Origin: a candidate division WOR-3 bacterium
GTDB lineage: Bacteria; Hydrothermota; Tepidihabitantia; SM23-42; JAOAFX01
Direction of reading: 5' to 3'
NCBI GenBank assembly: GCA_039802265.1
Contig: JBDRWI010000039.1
Coordinates: forward strand, 1 to 22,193
Length of the DNA: 22,193 bases
Shown here: one piece after another, positions 8,184-17,900 of the stretch
Layout: each line of letters begins with the position of its first letter
How positions within the stretch are numbered: the stretch's first letter is position 1
Made by a program: the position numbers and the translations under genes
The notes under the pieces: model-generated
The model's input: only the letters and a program-made list of their open reading frames with translations
Told to the model about the DNA's origin: nothing
Database searches by the model: none

Positions 8184-8211
8184 TTGACAAATTATTAATA
8201 AAATATATACT
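8184..8211 (+). promoter_or_regulatory. sigma70-type promoter
   Basis: TTGACA (8184-8189), 16 nt, TATACT (8206-8211); SD AAGGGGG before ATG 8233. Confidence 0.8.
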
Positions 8212-8232
8212 TACTTAACCAAAGGGGGTAGC

Positions 8233-8442
8233 ATGGCTGAAGAAAGGGTCAATGAGGAGTTGCTGGCGAATATGGATAAGGCAGCGAGTCAGGCGAAGGA
8301 AGAATTTGATAAACTCCCGGAGGAGGTCAAGATTGAATTTGCCCGCTGGATGAGGAGATGGTATTTAAAAGCTGGATACCGGAGATTGGGTAGGATTGCC
8401 GTCAATTATGCCAAGGAGCTGGAAAAAAGAGAAAATACTTGA
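8233..8442 (+). CDS. small helical hypothetical protein (69 aa)
   Basis: Own promoter and SD; protein-like composition with a WxxxWYxKAGxxRLGR motif. Confidence 0.8.
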   Translation: MAEERVNEELLANMDKAASQAKEEFDKLPEEVKIEFARWMRRWYLKAGYRRLGRIAVNYAKELEKRENT

Positions 8443-8552
8443 TTTGCTACAAAAGAACGCAACCTTGCCATCGCACGGATAAATCTAAAGTCAGGAATAG
8501 TCTCCAATTTTCCAAATTCTTCTACAATAAATTATTTTCTAAGGCATCAATT

Positions 8553-9995
8553 TTAATGTCTAAAATGGCGGTATCCGGTAAATACCATCGCAATATCATA
8601 CTCATTACAGGCATCTATCACCTCATTGTCCCTCTTTGAGCCACCGGGTTGAATTACTGCACTCACCCCACCCTTTGCTGCCGCATCGATGCCATCGCGA
8701 AAAGGGAAGAAGGCATCCGAGGCAAGAACCACCCCTGAAGTTTGATTACCCGCATTCTTTACTGCAATCTCAACCGCCCCAACGCGCGATGTCTGTCCTC
8801 CACCAATGCCCACAGTCCTGCCTTTTATTGCCAGAACAATGGCGTTTGAACGCACCCATTTTACAACCTTCCAGGCAAAATTCAATGCCTCAATTTCATA
8901 TTTTGTAGGTGCCCGCTTGGTAACTACCTTCCATTCAGTAAAATCCTTTTGGTCGCTATCCTGAACGAGTATTCCGCCGAAAACAGACTTGAAGGTCACC
9001 GGTTTTAAAAGAGACCGGGCCGCCTGAATAATCCTTAAATTCTTCTTCGCCTTTAATATTTCCAGTGCCTCTGGTTCATATCCGGGGGCAATTACAACCT
9101 CATAAAATATCTTTGCAAGCTCCTCCGCTGTGCTTGAATCCACCGGTTTATTTAATCCAACAATTCCCCCGAATGCCGAGACTGAATCCGCCATATATGC
9201 CCGCTGGTAGGCTTCACACAGGTTATCGCCCAGGGCGACACCACAGGGGGTTTGATGCTTGATAATCGCACAGGCATTCTGGTCAAAATCCATCGCGCAG
9301 GCAAAGGCAATTTCGGCATCAAGTATATTATTATACGAAAGTTCTTTACCGCCCAGGATTAAAAAGTTTTTCTGCAAGAGGCGATTCATATAAAAATTAG
9401 CCCTTTGATGGGGATTCTCACCGTACCTCATCGGAATAAAGAGCTCGGCGCCGCCAGTAAAAAATTCCCGTTTCTTTAAGTCATCATTAAAATAGTCCGC
9501 AATGACTGCATCATACCAGGCAATATAGTCAAATGCCTTTCGCGCCAGATTTAAGCGGTAAGCTTCATCAAATCTATCTTCCTTCAAGACCCTTATTAAA
9601 TCTTGATACTGGTCAGGACTATATAAAACTCCCACTTTTTTATAATTCTTTGCTCCAGCACGAATGAGTGTAACACCGCCAATATCAATAAATTCAATCA
9701 TCTCATCAAGAGATTTACCTTCCTGTGCAAAAAAGGGATAGAGATTACATACTACAATACTGATTTCGCCAGTTTCAAGAATTTCGTGGGCAATGCGCTG
9801 ACTCAATGTCTTCACACGTTCGCTTTCGGTACCCCCGGTATAATCACTTATTTTGACTGCCGCAATGCCATTTTCGCTGAGCAATTTTTGCGTTCCGCCA
9901 GTGGCGATAATTTCATATCCTAAACTTTTTAATTCTGCGGCAAGTGCTACAATACCTTCTTTATCGGCCACTGAAATGAGTGCTTTTTTGTTCAT
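8553..9995 (-). CDS. purH: bifunctional AICAR transformylase/IMP cyclohydrolase
   Basis: ALISVADK, ATGGT, RVKTL, NLYPF, IDIGG, RAGAKN, RYGENPHQ, KELSYNN, KHQTPCG, SAFGG, ASDAFFPF, QPGGS, RHFRH; SD GGAGG. Confidence 0.97.
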   Translation of the reverse strand: MNKKALISVADKEGIVALAAELKSLGYEIIATGGTQKLLSENGIAAVKISDYTGGTESERVKTLSQRIAHEILETGEISIVVCNLYPFFAQEGKSLDEMIEFIDIGGVTLIRAGAKNYKKVGVLYSPDQYQDLIRVLKEDRFDEAYRLNLARKAFDYIAWYDAVIADYFNDDLKKREFFTGGAELFIPMRYGENPHQRANFYMNRLLQKNFLILGGKELSYNNILDAEIAFACAMDFDQNACAIIKHQTPCGVALGDNLCEAYQRAYMADSVSAFGGIVGLNKPVDSSTAEELAKIFYEVVIAPGYEPEALEILKAKKNLRIIQAARSLLKPVTFKSVFGGILVQDSDQKDFTEWKVVTKRAPTKYEIEALNFAWKVVKWVRSNAIVLAIKGRTVGIGGGQTSRVGAVEIAVKNAGNQTSGVVLASDAFFPFRDGIDAAAKGGVSAVIQPGGSKRDNEVIDACNEYDIAMVFTGYRHFRH

Positions 9996-10028
9996 TTTAA
10001 GTAACCTCCAAATTTTATAGTTTCAAAT

Positions 10029-11222
10029 TTATGCGCCGAATTTCTTGAGTTTTAAGGCATTGGCGAGTAAGAGCGGAAAAAAGTCCATTGCCTTCATTGT
10101 GCCGAGGGTACCTCGGGCACAGTTTCGTTCGTTAAATTCAAAACCATCGGGGAAGATGTAGCGGGAATTTAATAGTAATGGGCATGGATGCCAGGAGTGG
10201 GAGTGCAGGAGGGTCGGGGTGGAATGGTCACCGGTAATGCATAGCACATCGGGTTTCAGGTTCAGAATTCTGGGAAGGCAACGGTCAAACTCCTCTATCG
10301 CCCTTATCTTTGCCTCAATATCTCCATCTTCGCCTGCCTTATCCGTTGCCTTGTAATGGAGATAAAAAAAGTCAAAGTTATTGTAGTTCTCTTCTAATGT
10401 TGTAACCTCATCATCTATTGAGTCACCGGTTTTTAAAATCTCCATCCCCACGATTCGTGCCAATCCGCGATACATTGGATAACTTGCGATCGCACCACAG
10501 TTCAGCCCGTATTTCTGATTCATATTCACAAGATTCGGTAGCCGTGAATAGCCTCGCATAAGTATGTAATTTGCCTTTTTTTCATCTTTTAATATTTCAG
10601 CACTTCTCGAGATAAAACTGTTTACTATTGTAGCACTTCGTTTTGCAGAAGGTATCTTTGCTCGGACCAAAACCGGTGGTAAATTGTCTTTCTGGGGGTC
10701 AGCATCGGTGATTTCCGGTGAGAGACTGGCACCCTTAAATATTACAACAAATCGATGTTCCTTGGCTGGTCTTATTACTACCGGAATACCGTTGATCTCT
10801 TCCATCCCTTTTTGTAGCTTACCACAGAGCCGTGTGCATTCCTCGGTAGAAATCCTGCCTGCCCGACGGTCAATAATAATATTGTTCTTGATTGTGGCAA
10901 AGTTTGCCCTTACCGCCAGGTCCCTTTCATCTATCTCAATGCCTATTCCCAGTGCTTCAAGGACTCCCCGGCCAATTTGATTTTCTATTGGGTCATAACC
11001 AAAAAGGGCGAGGTGTGCCGGACCGCTGCCGGGAGTTACTCCCGGAGCGATCGGGATTAAAAGTCCGAGGCTACTTTTCTGGCTTAATTTATCAAGATTC
11101 GGTTTATGAGCCAGTTCCAGCGCACTTTTTTCAGGATTTGGTAAATCACCCAATCCATCAAGCACAATAAGTAAAATTTTATTATCGTTTTTGTTTAAGA
11201 TATCAGAGAGAATCTTTTCCAT
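10029..11222 (-). CDS. apgM: 2,3-bisphosphoglycerate-independent phosphoglycerate mutase, ApgM type
   Basis: [75 protein letters not shown] 11222 preferred because TTG 11228 overlaps the -10 element. Confidence 0.92.
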   Translation of the reverse strand: MEKILSDILNKNDNKILLIVLDGLGDLPNPEKSALELAHKPNLDKLSQKSSLGLLIPIAPGVTPGSGPAHLALFGYDPIENQIGRGVLEALGIGIEIDERDLAVRANFATIKNNIIIDRRAGRISTEECTRLCGKLQKGMEEINGIPVVIRPAKEHRFVVIFKGASLSPEITDADPQKDNLPPVLVRAKIPSAKRSATIVNSFISRSAEILKDEKKANYILMRGYSRLPNLVNMNQKYGLNCGAIASYPMYRGLARIVGMEILKTGDSIDDEVTTLEENYNNFDFFYLHYKATDKAGEDGDIEAKIRAIEEFDRCLPRILNLKPDVLCITGDHSTPTLLHSHSWHPCPLLLNSRYIFPDGFEFNERNCARGTLGTMKAMDFFPLLLANALKLKKFGA

Positions 11223-11227
11223 TGCCA

Positions 11228-11256
11228 AATATATCCAAAATTTTGGTTGGTGTCAA
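11228..11256 (-). promoter_or_regulatory. internal promoter for apgM-purH, probably leaderless
   Basis: TTGACA (11256-11251), 17 nt, TATATT (11233-11228); 5 nt to ATG 11222. Confidence 0.65.
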
Positions 11257-11260
11257 GTCT

Positions 11261-12052
11261 TTAAGAATTTTTACCGATATTCAGTTTGGCAAGCGTTTGA
11301 CGAACAATCTTTTCCACGATCGCAATTTCCTGTTTAATTGTCAATTTTGTGGTATCAATAAAAATTGCATCGGGTGCAATCTTTAATGGGGCATATCTCC
11401 GGGTGGAGTCATACTTATCACGGAACTTCAGATTTTCAATGATATCTTTCAGTTTAACAGACACTCCCTTCGCCTTTAACTCCTTCCTTCTTCTTTGTGC
11501 CCTTACCCTCAACTCTGCATCCATAAAGATCTTTACCTGTGCCTCAGGGAATACAAATGTTGTCATATCTCTTCCTTCACACACAACATTTTTGTTCCGT
11601 GCAATCTCCCTCTGCCTCCGTGCCATCCAATACCGCACGCTTTTTATTGCGGATACCTGAGATACCAAACAATTCACCACCGGATTTCTAATTGTCTCAG
11701 TCACATCCACTCCATCCAGCCAGACCCTCAGATTGCCATTATTATAGATTAGGTCGACTTTTGTATCTTTTAATAGTTTGCGTATTAACTTTGAATCAAT
11801 CTTTGAAAGGCTATGAATATCATCTAAAATAAATTTTTGATTTTTTCTGACAAAAGAATCATAATCGGCGTCCGTTTTTTTTAACCCTGGATACCGTTTG
11901 TACCAGACTGACCTGAGATACTTCAGGGTAAATGCGCGATACATTGCACCGGTATCAAGGTAAAAAAAATTTAATCTTTTGGCAATACCCTTTGCGGTTG
12001 TGCTCTTACCCGACCCCGCTCGACCATCAATTGCTACGATAAAACCTGCCAT
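11261..12052 (-). CDS. cmk: cytidylate kinase with an internal insertion
   Basis: IVAIDGRAGSGKST, YLDTGAMYRA, VCEGRD, VFPEAQVKIF, RDKYDSTR..PL, IDTT. Confidence 0.95.
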   Translation of the reverse strand: MAGFIVAIDGRAGSGKSTTAKGIAKRLNFFYLDTGAMYRAFTLKYLRSVWYKRYPGLKKTDADYDSFVRKNQKFILDDIHSLSKIDSKLIRKLLKDTKVDLIYNNGNLRVWLDGVDVTETIRNPVVNCLVSQVSAIKSVRYWMARRQREIARNKNVVCEGRDMTTFVFPEAQVKIFMDAELRVRAQRRRKELKAKGVSVKLKDIIENLKFRDKYDSTRRYAPLKIAPDAIFIDTTKLTIKQEIAIVEKIVRQTLAKLNIGKNS

Positions 12053-13075
12053 TTATAGTTGTGCCAGACCCAATTGGGAATAGTATTTCTTATAGAAATT
12101 TCGGTATTCGCCGGTCTGCGTATTTCTTAGCCATTTTTGATTCTTCTTATACCATTCAATCGTCTTTTTTATGCCGGTTTCAAATGATGTTGTTGGGTGC
12201 CATCCGAGTTGACGTCTGATTTTATTCAGAGAGAGCGAATATCTTCGGTCGTGACCCGGGCGGTCTTTTACAAAAGTAATCAAATCTTCACTTTTATTTA
12301 AAATCTTTAATATTCTCTTTACAACATACAGGTTCGTGAGTTCATTCTCGCCTCCAATATTATAAATCTCGCCGATTTTACCTTCGTGAAAGACCAGGTC
12401 AATCGCCTGACAGTTGTCTTCAACATAAAGCCAGTCGCGAATATTGAGTCCATCTCCGTACACCGGAACCTTCTGATTATTCAGGGCATTAAGGATGGTC
12501 AGGGGTATGAGTTTTTCTGGGAACTGATATGGACCGTAATTATTAGAAGAGCGAGTAATCAATATGGGTAATCCATGAGTCTTGTAATATGAAATTACCA
12601 GTGCATCGGCTGCTGCCTTGCTTGCAGCATAAGGGCTGGATGGGTCAAGCGGGTCATCCTCACGAAATCTTCCAACCAGAATTGAACCATACACCTCATC
12701 CGTTGAGATCTGTAAAAATTTTTTTACCTTAAAACGCAACGCAAGGTTCAATAAAACACCTACTCCCAAGAAGTTCGTTTTTATAAAGGGTGAAGGAGAT
12801 AGTATGCTACGGTCAACATGGGTCTCGGCTGCAAAATTTATCACTGCATCAGGCTGAAATTTTTCAAAAATTTTTCTCATTGCCTGGGCATTACTAATAT
12901 CAGCGCGGAAAAAGTGGTAATTCTTCTTCCTCTCCAGTCCCTTTAGATTCTCTAAATTTCCGGCATATGTGAGTTTATCAACATTCAATATTTTGTAATA
13001 AGGATGTCGCGAATTAAAATACCTTATAAAATTAGAACCAATAAACCCACAACCACCAGTTATGAGAATCCTCAT
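12053..13075 (-). CDS. rfbB: dTDP-glucose 4,6-dehydratase
   Basis: TGGCGFIGSNF, DKLTYAGN, FAAETHVDRSI, STDEVYG, PYAASKA, NNYGPYQFPEKLIP, DRPGHDRRY. Confidence 0.97.
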   Translation of the reverse strand: MRILITGGCGFIGSNFIRYFNSRHPYYKILNVDKLTYAGNLENLKGLERKKNYHFFRADISNAQAMRKIFEKFQPDAVINFAAETHVDRSILSPSPFIKTNFLGVGVLLNLALRFKVKKFLQISTDEVYGSILVGRFREDDPLDPSSPYAASKAAADALVISYYKTHGLPILITRSSNNYGPYQFPEKLIPLTILNALNNQKVPVYGDGLNIRDWLYVEDNCQAIDLVFHEGKIGEIYNIGGENELTNLYVVKRILKILNKSEDLITFVKDRPGHDRRYSLSLNKIRRQLGWHPTTSFETGIKKTIEWYKKNQKWLRNTQTGEYRNFYKKYYSQLGLAQL

Positions 13076-13096
13076 AATTGTCTCGGATTTATCAAA

Positions 13097-13585
13097 TTAT
13101 CCATCTTTCCTTGACCAGTCGTAGGGAATATCTGAGTTATGTGGTGGCTTGCGATACTCATCAGGTTTTTTATAATTGTAGCATTCAGTCACAATATTCA
13201 AAATAATACATTCATCTTCACTGATACATTTAAAACCATGCCAGACGAGTTTTGGAATATGGATTAAGATATGATTGTGGTCGCCGACAAAGAATTCGTT
13301 GATAATGCCACGGGTTCGGCTTTGCCTGCGGTCATCGTAGAGCACAATCTTTGCCATACCTTTAATCACTGTCATATTGTCATTCTGCAATTTGTGGCAA
13401 TGCCAGGCCTTCACCACACCGAAATAGCCGGTCGTTATATACACCTGTCCGAATTTTTCAAATATTTTGTCATCACTTCTTAATATTTCCATAAGCCGGC
13501 CGCGCTCATCGGGTAATAATCTGAGATTCTTTACGGCAACCCCAGCAATCAATTTTTTACCTTTAAATCCAGGAATTTCTATCAT
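13097..13585 (-). CDS. rfbC: dTDP-4-dehydrorhamnose 3,5-epimerase family cupin
   Basis: DERG, VKAWHCH, LYDDR..S.T, IP..VWHGF; lies between rfbA and rfbB; ATGA overlap with rfbA. Confidence 0.85.
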   Translation of the reverse strand: MIEIPGFKGKKLIAGVAVKNLRLLPDERGRLMEILRSDDKIFEKFGQVYITTGYFGVVKAWHCHKLQNDNMTVIKGMAKIVLYDDRRQSRTRGIINEFFVGDHNHILIHIPKLVWHGFKCISEDECIILNIVTECYNYKKPDEYRKPPHNSDIPYDWSRKDG

Positions 13586-14649
13586 CCTATGAGTTCAACA
13601 TAACTTTGGTCACCCAGAAAGAAACGATGAACACGGGGTGCGGTATCAGTCTGAGTAATTACTACATTTTTTCCAATGATTGAGCGGTCAATCCTTTTAT
13701 TTAAATTTTTAATCTGTGCTCCCTCCATTACGACACTGCATTCAATTTCAGCATTTTGAATTAAAACATTATCACCGATAGAGGAAAATGAGCCAACAAA
13801 GGAATTTATAATCGTGGAATTTCTTCCGATTACCGCCGGTCCCCTGATTGTACTTTTTTCAACTTTTGTATTTTCCCCGATTCTAACCCTTCCATTTACG
13901 TTGGATTCTATCAGGATTCCTTTATTTGATGACTCAATATCCTCAAGCACAAGTAAATTCGCCTCAATGATGTCATCAGGTTTTCCAGTGTCTTTCCACC
14001 ATCCTTTTACCAGATGCGACTCCACCCGGTAGTTATTGTCCAATAACCATTGGATGGCATCGGTTATTTCTAATTCGTTGCGCCAGGATGGCTTAATAAA
14101 ATCAACCGCCCTGAAGATCTCTTTATCAAAAAGATAAACCCCTACCAGCGCTAAATCTGACGGCGGCTGTTTGGGTTTCTCAATCAATCTCTTCACCTTG
14201 CCTTTTTCATCAACCACTGCGACACCGAATTCCTGAGGATTACAGACCCGGGTAAGCAGAATCAGGGCATTTGGCTTTAATGACTCAAACTTTGCCACAA
14301 AGTCTTTTACTCCTTCTTTTAAAATATTGTCACCGAGATACATAATAAAAGACTCATCCTTTAAATAACTCCTTGCAATCTTTATGGCATGAGCAAGTCC
14401 CAAAGGGGCCTCCTGCTGGATATATTCAATTTTTATTCCGAATTGCGCTCCATTACCTACTACCGTCTGAATCTCTTTAGCCGTATCACCAACAACAATG
14501 CCGATCTCTGTTATCCCTGCCTCAACCAGTGCCTCAATTCCATAAAAGATAATTGGTTTATTAGCAATTGGAATAAGTTGCTTAGCGCTGGTATAGGTAA
14601 GGGGACGCAGCCTTGTTCCAAAGCCACCCGAAAGAATCAATCCTTTCAT
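13582..14649 (-). CDS. rfbA: glucose-1-phosphate thymidylyltransferase, long form
   Basis: LSGGFGTRLRPLT, KQLIPIANKP, PLGLAHA, YLGDN, EKP, PSWRNELEITDA, WWKDTG, C-terminal hexapeptide-like beta-helix. Confidence 0.95.
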   Translation of the reverse strand: MKGLILSGGFGTRLRPLTYTSAKQLIPIANKPIIFYGIEALVEAGITEIGIVVGDTAKEIQTVVGNGAQFGIKIEYIQQEAPLGLAHAIKIARSYLKDESFIMYLGDNILKEGVKDFVAKFESLKPNALILLTRVCNPQEFGVAVVDEKGKVKRLIEKPKQPPSDLALVGVYLFDKEIFRAVDFIKPSWRNELEITDAIQWLLDNNYRVESHLVKGWWKDTGKPDDIIEANLLVLEDIESSNKGILIESNVNGRVRIGENTKVEKSTIRGPAVIGRNSTIINSFVGSFSSIGDNVLIQNAEIECSVVMEGAQIKNLNKRIDRSIIGKNVVITQTDTAPRVHRFFLGDQSYVELIG

Positions 14650-14661
14650 TTTTTATGTTTG

Positions 14662-14689
14662 ATTATAGTTATAATCTTGACAAAGTCAA
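14662..14689 (-). promoter_or_regulatory. sigma70-type promoter for rfbA-rfbC-rfbB-cmk with an overlapping palindrome
   Basis: TTGACT (14689-14684), 16 nt, TATAAT (14667-14662); 12 nt to ATG, no SD; palindrome CTTGAC-AAA-GTCAAG at 14676-14690. Confidence 0.75.
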
Positions 14690-14801
14690 GGGGAAAAATT
14701 CAACAACAGAAATAGAAAATAGGAATTTTTTTCTATACTTATTGAGTTATCGAAAGGTATAAAATAGAATGGACTATTACCATAATTGCCTTACAATAAG
14801 G

Positions 14802-14928
14802 CTATTTTATTATCACGGCCTTTTTCTTGGCGGTTTTGTGCTCACCATCATCAGCATAAAAATCAAAGACATAGATATAAACACCAGGAGCCAGCCTCTT
14901 ACCCGCATCATTCTTCCCATCCCAGGGA
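14802..14928. repeat. 127-bp exact direct repeat, second copy at 22067-22193 (cut by the window edge)
   Basis: Base-by-base identity from the stop codon (CTATTTTATTATCACGG...) to ...CCCATCCCAGGGA; identity ends exactly at the stop codon. Confidence 0.97.
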
Positions 14929-17900
14929 TAATAATGAATTCCAAAATCATAATGACGATTGGTTATCAACCTCCGCACCAACTCACCCGCACGAGTATAA
15001 ACCTCTAAGTTAACACGACCCGACTTCGGCAAACTGAAAATAAACTGAGTTCTGTCCCTGAACGGATTACGAAAATTATGCACCCCAAAAGGCGGCACCA
15101 GAATCGTCCTTAGTACCACACTATCCCTCACCTCCTCCCTCATACTACACTCACCATAAACAACCAAATCAAAATAAATCAAACTATCCAGTAAACCAGA
15201 AAAACTAAAAGTATCCGGCGCACTCACCCGCACCACAAAATCCTTGGAAACATCAGGATTAACCACACCCAGATCAACCAAACCATCCTGATTATTATCC
15301 CTTAATAAACTACCACCCTTATCCAACAACTCAACCTGCCAACCACTAACTACATCACTACTCTTGATATTCACAACATCCGAAAGATTCGCCCGCAAAA
15401 CCACCCACAACGGATAACTAACACCCCCACCAACCTCAACCCGACTACCCTGATCCGGCTCAACCAATAATCCCCAGATACCACCCAAACTCCCAGTCAT
15501 TAACACCACATCATCAAATACCACAGTATTATTGCTGGAAATCGCCCGCACAAAGACCGTATCAACCACACCAGGATTCACCAGCGGCACCTTCACCCGC
15601 ACCACCAAACTCTCACAACCACCAAAACCACTGACTAACCCCAAATCCACCAGACCATCACCATCCGTATCCATAAGCAAATTACCACCCAAATCACGCA
15701 GGGTATAACTAAATCCACCACCAATAATACTCAAATCAATCACATCACCAGCATTACCTAAATTATTCACCCATAACAAATAATCAATTGAATCACCACA
15801 ACCCGCTGAATCACTACAATCAGGCTCAAACAAAACCTGGGCAACCGTCCCAACCATCAAAACACAAACCGACGAATCCCGCACCGTAGAATCCCGACCC
15901 GAATAACCATAAACCAATATCGTATCCCTGGTACCCGAAGGCATATTCGCCGGAACCAATACCCTTAAATTAAAATCTACCTCCCCACCCAAAGGACCAA
16001 CACCAGACAAATCCACCAACCCATTACCATTATGGTCAACTAATTGATTACCCAATGAATCCAATAATTGATAACTATAACCAAACTGATCAATATACCG
16101 CAAATCAATGGTATCCGTAAAATTCTGATTGTTGCGACAGGATAAAACAAAATTCACCCAATCACCTGGAAGACCCGTAGCCTGCTGGTCAGGAAAGATA
16201 ATTATTGAACCCATCCCCTCAATAATTGTAATAATCGTTGCATTGTCAGTGACTGACGGATTGAGACCGGAACGACCGGTTAAAACCAATGTATCAGCCT
16301 CACCAGCAAGGGCAGTATCCGGCGAATATACCACCAATCTAAATCTAACCGAATCCGAACTACTAACCCAGAGGTCAACCAAACCATTGTTATTATGGTC
16401 TGTGAGCGGCGAACCCGTTGAATCTAAGAGCACAACACCCCAGGGCTTATTGTGATTGTAGTACAAATCTACCGTATCACGATTCGTCCCTTGATTATAA
16501 ACCCACAAATCATAACCTATCGGCACACCCGCAACTGTTGAACCAACCCGATCCGGCTCAACCAAAATTGCTGCTATATGTCGGATTGTCGTCGTAATAT
16601 ACACAGTATCAACAAGAAGGGGATTGATATTAGAATTACCAATTAACCTCAAAGAATCAACCTCACCACCCTGGGCACTTGAAGGCGGTGTAACCGATAG
16701 AACAATCGGCACTGTATCATTGATATTTATTATTACATCCGGAATTAAATTGTTATTATGGTCAATCAAAGGAATTGTACCCGTGGAATCAAATAACCCA
16801 ACCTGCCAGTTGGTATCATGCTGATAAACTAAATCAACCGTATCAAGACCAATCCCAATATTTATCACCCGGATAGAATAATCAACCCGCACATTGGGCA
16901 AGGTAGAATCCGCCTGATTCGGCTCAAGGATTAATCTAACCGCTGAACCATAACCAATACGCACCTCAAACAAATATGGTAAATACGAAGGATTGGTATA
17001 TCTCAACCTTGCCCGATACTGTAAATACCTTGAATTTAGACTATCCGGAATATCGTCATTCTTACCCAAAGAATCCCAATCGCTCCAGGAGGTATCAGGG
17101 TTTGGTGTATTACCACTACGCACAAAAAAGGCAATGCTTGAACCCGGGGGCAGACTATCATCCCAATCCACCACTCCCCAGGCAACCACCTCACCCGCAT
17201 CAAAGACCGAAGAGATATAATCCTCATAGTATTTACGATTATAGACATTGCCAATCTCCCGGAACATACTACAATCATCGCGTGCATTCGGCAATTGAAC
17301 CATTATACTATTATAATTGGGTCCATTCAAGATATAGCTCGGCTCCGGTGGATAAGAATAATTATTGACAAGAATATCAAGGTAACCATTGTAATCAAAA
17401 TCTGCAATCAATCCGCCACTTGCATCAATTGGAAACCCTATCGCCGTCTTGTTACTCTCAGAATAGCCTGAGGCACTACCCCAGTATATTAGTGGGTTCT
17501 CTTCAACACCATATCCCTTTAAGAAAAGAATATCCAGATAACCATCATAGTTTAAATCCGCAACCGCATTACCACCAAAACAACCACCCGGTAATAATGT
17601 CTGCCATAGACTAAAACCATTCGGCCCACCTGTATAGATATACGCCGTAACTCCATTAGACCAGGTAGAAATGACAATATCCAGATATTGGTCATTATTT
17701 AAGTCAGCAACTGACGCTCCATTAGGAGAATCGCCTGCACAGGGTAAAACCTCCCGATTATTCTCCGAGAATCCACTATCACTTCCCCAGTATAGATAAC
17801 AAGAATTGTTAAGGCCATTTAACTCCAGCAAATCCAACCAGCCATCTCTATCAAAGTCTGCCGATTCGATGTTTCTTCTGTTGTTATAAGAAGGGAAGAT

